Part shown: positions 9,901-17,610 of the stretch, in pieces
How the letters are laid out: every line of letters starts with the position of its first letter
How positions within the stretch are numbered: position 1 is the first letter of the stretch
Source: Acaryochloris marina MBIC11017
GTDB lineage: Bacteria > Cyanobacteriota > Cyanobacteriia > Thermosynechococcales > Thermosynechococcaceae
Length of the DNA: 32,000 nt
Reading direction: 5' to 3'
Assembly: GCF_000018105.1 (NCBI RefSeq)
Contig: NC_009925.1
Location: forward strand, 780,001 to 812,000
Position numbers and translations under genes: made by a program
Notes under the pieces: generated by a model
The model's input: only the letters and a program-made list of their open reading frames with translations
What the model was told of the DNA's origin: nothing
Databases searched by the model: none

Positions 9901-10429
9901 ACTCATCAAGGACTCAGTTGAAACTCTCGTAAAAATGACGGCAGCTCCCATGAAGGCTCGGGTTTTGCTGGCACTATGTGGCTTGATTCGTCAGAACCCA
10001 ATCGAGTCTTGTAAAACCTTTCTTTTGACTCAAGTTAAAGGGGACAACTCCTTAAAGAAAAGCATTACTGATGAGTTAGATGGTTATTCAGTATCTAAGC
10101 TTCGTGACAAACTCGACTTAGAGGAAGAAATCGCGCAACCTGACTCAACCGCTGCCCATCCCAAAAATGTTGGTGGTGAAGGCGAATTTCACGTTAAGCC
10201 GATTAAAACAAAAGTTGAAAAAATAAAAAAAAGCACCCGTAAAAACCAGGCTAAATCACGCATTGAGCCTCGTCAGGATGCCAAAGTCGCGTTAACGCTA
10301 ACCCAAAAGAAGAACTACCATATTGTTGGTGAAGTCGTGAACACTGATGACACTAAAACGGGGTGGTATATGCTCAGGTTGAGTGCCGGGAAAATTGCCT
10401 ATATCGAGCAGAAGTATTTTAGCAATTAG
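6962..10429 (+). CDS. Large multidomain polymorphic-toxin-like protein: DUF4157 (HExxH 'PVC-metallopeptidase') prefix, ~900-aa unknown region containing a His/Cys clan-CD-like module, and an SH3b-like C-terminus
   Basis: 1155-aa ORF. DUF4157 hallmarks span about aa 85-246: LQRKLTLGQPGDKYEREADRIASQVV, then GQPLNAGLQQSMGQAMRADFSGVRVHTDTQSDQLNQSIQAQAFTTGQDVFFRQGAYQPENQAGQELIAHELTHVIQQ. The HELTH codons are at nt 7673-7687. No signal peptide is present. The C-terminus KNYHIVGEVVNTDDTKTGWYMLRLSAGKIAYIEQKYF resembles a bacterial SH3 domain. Confidence 0.85.
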   Translation: MRTHQYVHKKRAAQSSYNPVPRSSKVQSSVQPPAIQAKSNEEGLAEHAERLRKFQRLGTSMIQMGPPRLGNDESSPLHPKPWLQRKLTLGQPGDKYEREADRIASQVVQTINPPASKENIIRQSIQRENDLEGVMSAKGFQAAIQRKQAIAGGEASSDLESAINKARGSGQPLNAGLQQSMGQAMRADFSGVRVHTDTQSDQLNQSIQAQAFTTGQDVFFRQGAYQPENQAGQELIAHELTHVIQQNSGAVRRQRQFRKNDELLHGQFEANVKPMQLQPNGQSTDLQKVTPEQRKGRLEDLNNIDLSDVQVLQQRQGRINPIMQTHYPAAEGEAKFIEAKTDLIQGFTPSDRPFLKTSPDMVQMDRKEKVDLLNLTVGEFETHRKAEQMDWANVKKFTKKERNTIWQIIDWRLNGLDPFILKDVVDKGKNSIKNLRNMKAYCDGLNGELNGQKTVRLAPQTTLEKAIYYGHWLQKIHGLLGKRTELVVPTNVFTQLVDTDSGKVAEAFIKYFNEMNPNLQTPSGKEITSFIKLMHEEKAKIGDYKNVLKDIRNFHKFPKESLDKLKADLSVKDKPLTLILHSLYDHNGAFIRHEHVNKVIKNDKIKVYLIEGHAIEKVKSLIRGGFQELAKKYGLDGKITQVMAVGHGESTEIEFAGGGTEVTEDGGKTSIDQKDVVPIELEGTNARVFALFFEQIFANMEEKKGLKPKVLLRACLSASNEVDENKLKELMKKENILDLDAVVDTKTAENQEKIREGIRKYIEKHGSLATKLGDQAKGRAEVLGAQSSITSVDTGAIKEDTGELDFITLADPHVAGPKLTYVRHGKEPSGALRAVIESWANDPVTCFAEMQDRIDTVLVNSHAEFIINLLYHTLLTQYKSDILTANKFTKTAHVLMGVLEGKDGCRSARLAADDMSKKHRDAFYPLLITHITQFGNDARPKLVIYQDWMLHNDTKRNNFMAMLGIPGCTRTIADKYLDFALIKDSVETLVKMTAAPMKARVLLALCGLIRQNPIESCKTFLLTQVKGDNSLKKSITDELDGYSVSKLRDKLDLEEEIAQPDSTAAHPKNVGGEGEFHVKPIKTKVEKIKKSTRKNQAKSRIEPRQDAKVALTLTQKKNYHIVGEVVNTDDTKTGWYMLRLSAGKIAYIEQKYFSN

Positions 10430-10554
10430 CAACGGTGATTTTAGGCCAATTTTGATAATTAATTTGGAAATATTAACGATTTAGGCCTTCATCTTATGAT
10501 TAAGTCAGTGAAATTCTTTGAGGTTTAGTCTAGTGACCATCTAGAGGCTCATAA

Positions 10555-11454
10555 ATGGAAATTACACTCGACCAGAAAACGACATGGCACCTAGGTGGAG
10601 AGGCTCATGTACTTCATCTCTTAAGGTTAGTTGCCCAAATCAATGATGAAAATTGGTCTGCTGTCAGCGTTGTGCTTGAATGTGCCCCTGTTATCGCTGC
10701 GAGAGGTGAAGAACTGAGCTGGTTTCACAACCGCCTGGAGAGTCGCCTTGATTGGCAAAATCGGCCATTTCTGGAAGATCTGCCTGTTCGGATGGAGATT
10801 GCATTGAGGCCCGAGTACTATCCTCGCTTGCCTTGTCCAAGTTCTGATGCAGTGCAACGTCTCACTGACCTATTTGTAATTGAGCCACCCCCTTCTCCTG
10901 AACTATTCGATGATGCGGTCTGGAATGCGATACAGCTCTGGCAAGAGTACCCTATCGATCCATCGATTGGTGGTGGTACGATGCGGGTTGGCTATCGAAC
11001 AGCGTTTTCTATGTTCACTGACGAGGTTGATCGACTTCGTCGCCGGGGCCCAGTCTCTCGTATTATCGTCGATGCGTTGATTGAGTCTGGTATTCCGATC
11101 TCTTGGATTGAGGAGGATCCGGTTTTTACTGTTACGCTCTATGCTGAAGACCGTGGCTATCTCTGTCGAATTCGTCCCAACGAGTCTTCTTCTGGGATAA
11201 CTGTCAGTGTGGAATGGATAGAGCAGCTCTCTGATGCTGGGGTCGCAAAACTTTCATCACATATTGCTGTAGCTGATACTGACCTCGTTTTCGGTTCCTT
11301 GACTCTAGTCGATGGGCGAATTCGCCTTGATAACCTAACCCTATTAGGGCCGTCTATTACGGAGGAAACGATTATCGAAACTTTGCGTGCTGCAGTATCA
11401 GCTCTCAATAGCAAGGTCAATGAGTGGTCAGAGTTAGATCTCACGGCGGGTTAA
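10555..11454 (+). CDS. Hypothetical protein; candidate immunity protein or chaperone for the upstream toxin-like protein (C-terminal half resembles the YbjN / type III secretion chaperone-like fold)
   Basis: 299-aa ORF, co-directional and 125 nt downstream of the 1155-aa gene. The C-terminal half (RIIVDALIESGIPISWIEEDPVFTVTLYAEDRGYLCRIRPNESSSGITVSVEWIEQL...SLTLVDGRIRLDNLTLL) has the alternating pattern I associate with YbjN/CesT-like proteins. This is a pattern impression only. Confidence 0.65.
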   Translation: MEITLDQKTTWHLGGEAHVLHLLRLVAQINDENWSAVSVVLECAPVIAARGEELSWFHNRLESRLDWQNRPFLEDLPVRMEIALRPEYYPRLPCPSSDAVQRLTDLFVIEPPPSPELFDDAVWNAIQLWQEYPIDPSIGGGTMRVGYRTAFSMFTDEVDRLRRRGPVSRIIVDALIESGIPISWIEEDPVFTVTLYAEDRGYLCRIRPNESSSGITVSVEWIEQLSDAGVAKLSSHIAVADTDLVFGSLTLVDGRIRLDNLTLLGPSITEETIIETLRAAVSALNSKVNEWSELDLTAG

Positions 11455-11461
11455 CCCAAGG

Positions 11462-11575
11462 AATCTGTCAAGACCGGTTAGCGGCTGTTTGAAGCGGCTG
11501 CAGGACAGACCACTGAGATCCGGGACCGGGCCATTCTCTATTAGGGTTCATGCCGGGATAGAGAAATTTTTTCTC
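11462..11575 (+). pseudogene. Short decayed remnant of a tyrosine-recombinase gene (copy B), also the left copy of a nested direct repeat
   Basis: The core 11488-11539 (tttgaagcggctgcaggacagaccactgagatccgggaccgggccattctct) matches 20246-20297 at 46/52 positions by my count. It translates as FEAAAGQTTEIRDRAILY*. RDRAIL is the start of recombinase box I. Flanking homology is weaker. Confidence 0.45.
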
Positions 11576-11600
11576 ACAGAATAGCTGTGAACTATATTTA

Positions 11601-13297
11601 GGGCTTGCTTCGGAAGTCTAAGTTCCAATATTTGCAGTGTATCCAAGTGTTGAGGGCCCTTGAGAAGTGCAAGGAAAATCATTCAAAATATTTAAAACCC
11701 TTGCACCTGCAACCCGATGTATCGCCGTCCATCCCCCGGTCAACTGTCCTTTGAGAACTTCTACTTGCCCTTTGGAGGGAAACTTTCAGGAGAGAATCGC
11801 TGGGTCAAACTAGCCGAGTTGATTCCTTGGGAGAGCTTTGAGTCAGAATATGCAGACCAATTCAGTCAGACCATGGGGGCACCTGCCAAACCCTTTCGTG
11901 TGGCCTTAGGGACCTTAATCATCAAAGAGAAACTGGGTATATCCGACGCAGAGACCGTAGAACAGATTCGAGAGAACCCCTACTTGCAGTACTTTCTGGG
12001 GTTTAGTGAATATCGAGAGAGTGCTCCGTTTGATGCCTCCATGCTGGTTCACTTTCGCCAACGGTTGAATCTAGAGCTGCTAGCTCAAGTCAATGACGCA
12101 GTCGTGGACTCTGTGCTGGCATCCGAGGGGTCTCCTGTGGCGATGTCCCCTGAGTCATCTCCTCCCTCTGACGATGATGAAGATGAGCCTCCTGCCCCTC
12201 CCAACCAGGGCCAATTGTTGATAGATGCGACCTGTGCACCAGCCGATATTCGCTATCCGACAGACTTGGATTTGCTCAATGATGCCCGCAAAGCAAGCGA
12301 AGCCATCCTCGATGCTTTATATGCTCAAGTCATGCTGTCCCTCAAGTGCAAACCTCGCACCTACCGCCAGAAGGCCCGCAAAGCCTATCTGGCCATTGCC
12401 AAAAAACGTCAACCGAGCCGCAAGCTGATTCGTAAAGGGATTCGTCAGCAGTTGGGCTATGTGCGTCGCAATCTAGCCCATATTGATGGGTTGATAACAT
12501 TGGGGGCTTCCCTATCCCAATTGTCCCGGCGGCAGTACCGTCTGTTGCTGGTGATTCATGAAGTCTTTCGACAGCAAGAATGGATGTATCAACAGTCAGT
12601 ACGTCGAGTGGACGACCGGATTGTCAGTATGAGTCAGCCTCATGTCCGACCGATGGTCCGAGGCAAAGCTGGAACACCCGTTGAGTTTGGAGCCAAGCTA
12701 TCCCTCAGTTGTGTGCGTGGATGTGTGTTTCTGGAGCGCTTGAGTTGGGATGCGTTCAATGAATCCCAGCATCTTCAACATCAAGTGGAAGCCTTTCGTC
12801 GTCGCTTTGGCCATTATCCTTTCTCAGTCCATGCTGACCAAATCTATCGGACTCGGGCTAATCGACGATGGTGTAAAGCTCGGGGGATTCGCTTGAGTGG
12901 ACCGCCGTTAGGAAGACCTCAACAAGACCCACAAGTACAGACCCAACTCAAGCAACAAGCGTGTGAGGATGAAAAGGTGAGGGTCCAGATTGAGGGTAAG
13001 TTTGGGCAGGCCAAGCGACGGTTTGGCTTGAATCGAGTGATGGCGAAGTTAGCGGATACGGCTGCCAGTGCGATTGCTATCACGTTCTTGGTCATGAATC
13101 TGGAGCGGTGGCTCAGCCACTTTTTATCGTTCATTTTTGGGGTGGGATTGCTGGTTTTGGAAAGCGTTATGGAGCTGTCAGGACTTCCTTGGGGCTTTGC
13201 TAGGGCCAGTCAAAGGATATGGCTCTGGCCGTCACAAATGGGTTGCTTGTACGATTTGATGCATGGAATTTGCTCAATTTACTTTCTCAGCAAACCC
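11601..13297 (+). mobile_element. IS5/IS1182-like insertion sequence (~1.7 kb)
   Basis: Terminal inverted repeats are IRL 11601-11617 gggcttgcttcggaagt and the reverse complement of IRR 13281-13297, gggtttgctgagaaagt (13/17 matches). TATTTA directly abuts both ends (11595-11600 and 13298-13303) as a perfect direct repeat, consistent with a 6-bp target-site duplication. One DDE transposase ORF fills the element. Confidence 0.75.
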
Positions 13298-13336
13298 TAT
13301 TTAGCAGTACTTTTCAGACTTCGAATTTACAAGTAA
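11717..13336 (+). CDS. DDE transposase, IS5/IS1182-like (N-terminal DUF772-type domain plus DDE_Tnp_1-type catalytic domain)
   Basis: N-terminus SFENFYLPFGGKLSGENRWVKLAELIPWESFE. Candidate DDE residues lie in LLIDATCAPADIRYPTD, VHADQIYRT and VQIEGKFGQAKRRFGLNRVMAKL. The reading frame crosses the IRR, and its stop (13334-13336) lies about 39 nt outside the inferred element end. Confidence 0.9.
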   Translation: MYRRPSPGQLSFENFYLPFGGKLSGENRWVKLAELIPWESFESEYADQFSQTMGAPAKPFRVALGTLIIKEKLGISDAETVEQIRENPYLQYFLGFSEYRESAPFDASMLVHFRQRLNLELLAQVNDAVVDSVLASEGSPVAMSPESSPPSDDDEDEPPAPPNQGQLLIDATCAPADIRYPTDLDLLNDARKASEAILDALYAQVMLSLKCKPRTYRQKARKAYLAIAKKRQPSRKLIRKGIRQQLGYVRRNLAHIDGLITLGASLSQLSRRQYRLLLVIHEVFRQQEWMYQQSVRRVDDRIVSMSQPHVRPMVRGKAGTPVEFGAKLSLSCVRGCVFLERLSWDAFNESQHLQHQVEAFRRRFGHYPFSVHADQIYRTRANRRWCKARGIRLSGPPLGRPQQDPQVQTQLKQQACEDEKVRVQIEGKFGQAKRRFGLNRVMAKLADTAASAIAITFLVMNLERWLSHFLSFIFGVGLLVLESVMELSGLPWGFARASQRIWLWPSQMGCLYDLMHGICSIYFLSKPYLAVLFRLRIYK

Positions 13337-13713
13337 TTGATAGTCCATTCTTTTGGGGGAATGAATATCCATAAGGGTTCCCCGGCCAAATAAAATTACA
13401 GCATTTGAATATGGGAAAGTCAGTGTCACTCGTATTGGCATGATGGCCATTTGCAAGTGTGAAATTTAGTTTTTAACTAGGTTCTAGCGATTTGATCATA
13501 GATAGCCCCCCGGCCATTATGAGCCCTAAGCTGAGCAAGATAACGAGAAGAGGGGGGCATCAGAGACTATTCTTGAATTATGCAAACCAGGAGTGCAGGC
13601 GACCATTAGAATCGCTGAAAACAGTGGAACTCAATGGTCAATGGCAACAGCTCTGATTTCTGCAAACCGCTGCGGAGTATGAAAACCCAGAACAATTTAC
13701 AGATGGGATATTA

Positions 13714-14934
13714 TTAACTCTTAACTGTTTTGCATTGCAATGCGACCAGTAAATCAGAGCCCATTTTTTCTGCAATACTACGCCCTGGGCACTCACGCCG
13801 CTTCGCTTCACCTACTGAGTTAAAGCTGAGTGCTGCCAATAGGTTGTCTCGATGAGGATTGAAGTCTAAGGGGTTCTCAAAGACCGTACTGTCTAGATTA
13901 GCCAACCCGATGTTTGCGGAGAACAGCGTACCCTTGGGAAACTTACGTTTTCGGCCATTGATGGTCACCTCTGTTTCTGTCTGGGCAATGGTATTGATGT
14001 TATTCACTGGCGAGTGTCGACGAGCTGTTTCTAAAACTACTCGCAACACTTCATGACGATTATCTACATCGATCTCCAGATCGCGTGGAACCTTGGCTAT
14101 TAAGGACCGGAGTAAACTCTCACTACCTAGACATCCTGCAATTGCGATCGCTTCCAGTAGCAAAGTACTCAGTTCTGTTCGACTTAAATCATTTTCAGTG
14201 GTTGGAACATACCTACTCATAACAGGAGAGTTCTCAATCAGGTTAAGGGCGATCCCTTCTAATCGTTTAACTTCCTGCAACTTATTAGCAGATGGGGCTA
14301 AAGGTTTCACCCTTGAGATCAGCAATGATTCCTTTGGTTTTGAGGAGAAGAATAGCGTTTTTAGAGATGATAGTTGCTGTGGAGAAAGTTTGACTTCTAA
14401 TAGCACTAACATGATGTATTGGATGACAGTGCGTTGAATGTCATCGCTAATGTCATCTAAAGCCGGAGGATTTCCATGTTGATTAGCAATGGTGGCTAAC
14501 TGATTCAACAGATCTTTAGCTTCTTGGGACTCAGTATTATCAAAGGCTGGTTTAAAAACGACCTCTAAAACGGCTGATCTTGCTTTTTTATGAGTAGTAT
14601 CACCCTTTACTTCTTTATCAGACAGAAAAAGCAAAAAATTCTTAGAGAATCGATCAGGAATGCAGCGAAAACGGCCAATATAAGGTTCTCTTTGTTGGGG
14701 CTCTGCAATGATTTTTGCAGCAAGATTATATTCACCCACAATAATTCTGCCTAAAGCCGCAAAGTTCTGGCCAAAAAGCTGTTGTCTTTTACCTAAAAAT
14801 TCTTGAGGAGTAACAATACTATAACTAATAACATCCACTACATAGAAAAACCTCATAAGCATTGTAGTTAGGATGTTAGGGTGCCGCAATAGACAAATTT
14901 GGATACGGTTTGAGAAACGAATTAATAAACTCAT
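13714..14934 (-). CDS. Divergent cytochrome P450-like haem-thiolate protein (candidate fatty-acid hydroperoxide-converting enzyme)
   Basis: ExxR motif in VVLETARRHSPV and a PERF-like FNPHRD. The Cys-ligand loop is SFNSVGEAKRRECPGRSIA, which is FxxG...CxG with 4 extra residues compared with the canonical FGGSNRRCLG of the P450 at 24662..26026. The I-helix position reads IAGCLGSES and lacks the acid-alcohol (E/D-T) pair. The gene is AT-rich and lies 230 nt downstream of, and co-directional with, the lipoxygenase gene. The start codon is uncertain (M1, M24 or M26). Confidence 0.6.
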   Translation of the reverse strand: MSLLIRFSNRIQICLLRHPNILTTMLMRFFYVVDVISYSIVTPQEFLGKRQQLFGQNFAALGRIIVGEYNLAAKIIAEPQQREPYIGRFRCIPDRFSKNFLLFLSDKEVKGDTTHKKARSAVLEVVFKPAFDNTESQEAKDLLNQLATIANQHGNPPALDDISDDIQRTVIQYIMLVLLEVKLSPQQLSSLKTLFFSSKPKESLLISRVKPLAPSANKLQEVKRLEGIALNLIENSPVMSRYVPTTENDLSRTELSTLLLEAIAIAGCLGSESLLRSLIAKVPRDLEIDVDNRHEVLRVVLETARRHSPVNNINTIAQTETEVTINGRKRKFPKGTLFSANIGLANLDSTVFENPLDFNPHRDNLLAALSFNSVGEAKRRECPGRSIAEKMGSDLLVALQCKTVKS

Positions 14935-15164
14935 AGCTGCCCCATTAATTTATCAACAGAATTGCAAAACATGGTAGTCCTAGAGAAGTAATGACAGGAG
15001 AGGAACATCCTTTATGGCTAGAACTTCTAGGATTCAAACTCTTGAAAAGAGCTTAGCGAAAGGAACAAATTCTGGATAAGCCATTTTGGGAAATGGCCTG
15101 ATTGGTCGGCGTTACCCTTTTTTGGCCAGATCTGAACAAAGCCCTTGATTGGAGAAAGTCAAAC

Positions 15165-17183
15165 TCAGATGTTAATACTCTGAGGGATTTTATTAGGATG
15201 TAGGAAATCATAAAAGGTTGGGCGAACACTGTTCCGTTCATCAATGATGATGCCAATGGCATCTAACTGTTGCTGAAATGCTTTGAGTAGAGGTTGCACC
15301 CTAGTATCCGTAAAGTGCTCTTCTCCATATTCCCCTAATAGGGTGTAGTAAAGAGAACCCAACAAATAGGTCATATCCATCTGGGTCTCTGCCTGTTTCA
15401 GGGAAGGAAGAAGGTTGAAATAGTCTTGAGTGGTTGCCTTTGTTGACTTTGGCGCGGGTCGATATCCCGCTAAAGGCAAGTTGGGGATATAGGTCATATA
15501 AGTCGATTGGGAGAAGTTCACGGCTGCATGTTGGGCACTCCCTGTAAAAATAATGAGCGTCACCATATCTGCCAAGTAAGCTTTAGTGCGCAAGCTAGGT
15601 TGCTCCTGATCCGATGCGGTTTCCCCAATTTCTGTCATGCGCCCTCCGTCTTGAGCGACCATTTCTGCTAACCAAGCTTGGAGTTCGGTGTCCTCTACCA
15701 CATCCTGATCGCTGAGGTAATACAAGTCTAGATAGCTCTCAACCCAATCGTGAATCGCATTCCAAACGAGTAGTGCATCATCTCGATAGGGATAGTCAGG
15801 AAGCTGATCCACATTATCGACCCCCCGTCTGGAGAGTGTGGCGGGTAGCATCGAATCATTAAAACCGTAGGGGAACCCTTGTACGGCTTTAACGCTGAGC
15901 TCTTTAGAAGATTCAATAGTGCCAGACATCACTGAATCCACGGTACCTCCATCATTAACAAGGCCAGAAATGGCTGCATTATTAATAAACAATGTTCCTT
16001 CAAAATGAGGACGCAATAAGGCGCTGAGGGGATGATTAGGGGCCAGTTGACGATAGGTAGCCACTACAATGGGCTCGATCAATAAGTGGGTCCGACCGAG
16101 ATGAGAAATGAGCTCATGGTAATTGCCATCAGCGATTTGAACGATGGTTTTTGCCATCAGCCAAGCCCATTGCTCGGACTGGGGGCTACCCTCAGGGGGT
16201 GGAGTGAAAATAGGATTATCAGAGCCTGGCTGCTGCTGGCACTGAATGGCTACGGCTGTGAGGGAGCCGCTTCCTTCCGCAGGTACTGCAAACAGGGCGA
16301 GGGGAGCATAGACATATTTTTGAGCATCCGGAAAAGTGCCCGGTTCTAATAGGTTCAACACTGCATAATCAGTGATATAAAGTCGCCCCTCTGCTCCAGC
16401 CTTTTGGAGAGAATCAGCAGTTCCCATCACGGCCTGATATTGATCGTTAGTGACAGGGAAGTGGTCTGGTAATCTCTTGCATTGTTCTAGAACTAAAGGG
16501 TTCGCTCCCGCAACTCGCTGGGCGACAAAGGCTCGATCTGTCCAGAACTGTTGGCTAATACAAGGCAAATAAATAATCTGAAACAGATCGTTATAGGCTT
16601 GAAAGAGTTGGCTGTAGTCTGACAAACTGTCTTGGGCTTGCTTAGCCTGCATAGCTAAAGCTTGATGGTCGAGCTTCTGCTGCTCTTGAGCATGGTCTCG
16701 GGGATCTTTGACCTCAGAGATTAATGTTTCCAGTAACGGCTGGTGGATATCGTTCACTTTGGCCGAGGGGGTTTGGGAACTGTTTTGCTCAATGGAGGGT
16801 GGTTTGCCATCTTGCAAGCGTTGAACCAACCGAATAATTGGCAGAACTTTGGCTAACAAAAACTTCAAAAAGCCAGCACGTTTAGGGTTATTCAAGAAAC
16901 GGGTGACACGGGTAAGCCAGGCAAATCGGCGGAGTTTTCGGACAGAACCTGTTTCATTAACGTCTTGTAAAGCTTGGTTAGCATCTATTCTCAGCAGCAG
17001 AGATAAGGCATCTTGAAGCCAAGGAAATTTGCCAAGGGATTGATCTTGTGGGGGCACTTTCTCGGCCATTGCCCCGCCATTAGGGAGGTAAGTGTAGTTA
17101 TAGCGATAGTCTCGACGAGCAGCCACTAAAGCCGTTTGCCGTTGAACAGGATTGGAATCATTTTGAGGTAGAGAGATATTCAT
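15165..17183 (-). CDS. Lipoxygenase (bacterial type, no PLAT domain)
   Basis: Iron-ligand motifs WLMAKTIVQIADGNYHELISHLGRTHLLIEP (HxxxxH) and GSAQHAAVNFSQSTY (H...N). The C-terminus IPQSINI ends in the Ile that supplies the carboxylate ligand. The track ORF begins at a TTG at 17204; the first ATG is at 17183 (MNISLPQ). Confidence 0.95.
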   Translation of the reverse strand: MNISLPQNDSNPVQRQTALVAARRDYRYNYTYLPNGGAMAEKVPPQDQSLGKFPWLQDALSLLLRIDANQALQDVNETGSVRKLRRFAWLTRVTRFLNNPKRAGFLKFLLAKVLPIIRLVQRLQDGKPPSIEQNSSQTPSAKVNDIHQPLLETLISEVKDPRDHAQEQQKLDHQALAMQAKQAQDSLSDYSQLFQAYNDLFQIIYLPCISQQFWTDRAFVAQRVAGANPLVLEQCKRLPDHFPVTNDQYQAVMGTADSLQKAGAEGRLYITDYAVLNLLEPGTFPDAQKYVYAPLALFAVPAEGSGSLTAVAIQCQQQPGSDNPIFTPPPEGSPQSEQWAWLMAKTIVQIADGNYHELISHLGRTHLLIEPIVVATYRQLAPNHPLSALLRPHFEGTLFINNAAISGLVNDGGTVDSVMSGTIESSKELSVKAVQGFPYGFNDSMLPATLSRRGVDNVDQLPDYPYRDDALLVWNAIHDWVESYLDLYYLSDQDVVEDTELQAWLAEMVAQDGGRMTEIGETASDQEQPSLRTKAYLADMVTLIIFTGSAQHAAVNFSQSTYMTYIPNLPLAGYRPAPKSTKATTQDYFNLLPSLKQAETQMDMTYLLGSLYYTLLGEYGEEHFTDTRVQPLLKAFQQQLDAIGIIIDERNSVRPTFYDFLHPNKIPQSINI

Positions 17184-17610
17184 AAGACCAAATGTGACTA
17201 ACAACAGCGTGAGGGGAAAAGGTTTAGGGGAAAACGATGAAAGCTACTTCAAAAAGGTAGAAACTAAAAAAAAATGGCGAAAAGTAATTAATTTCTTCTG
17301 ATTTTGTCCATTACTGGGGTGTATCCAGTTTTTATAGGAGATGCATGGGCAGTAGGAGAGTGAATTCAGGTAATTGTGATTCTCTACAGCAGGAATGTAA
17401 ATAGGTAGATAAGGGGACCGTCTACCACAGAACTAAGCGTACTTTTACTGCACTAAAAATGGCGTGATCTATATCAAAGTTTCCCTGAATAATTTTCTAA
17501 TTTATTGACTTTATAATTCTGGAGGTAACTGACCAAGAAAATTATTAGGAGTGGTTATATAAGTTGATTAAAGTTGCAATATTAATTTCTACATTTTTCC
17601 TTTCCTGTTA

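Noticed and set aside
4761-14143. A 9.4-kb stretch without any HIP1 (GCGATCGC) site, covering the toxin pair and the IS, considered as evidence of foreign origin. HIP1 sites seen by eye start at 299, 3066, 4753, 14144, 18068, 20874, 22048, 28684, 30400 and 30922.
   Set aside because: A comparable 6.6-kb HIP1-free gap (22056-28683) occurs in clearly core genes, so with only 10 sites the gap is not statistically meaningful. It is supporting colour at best, and the by-eye scan may have missed sites.
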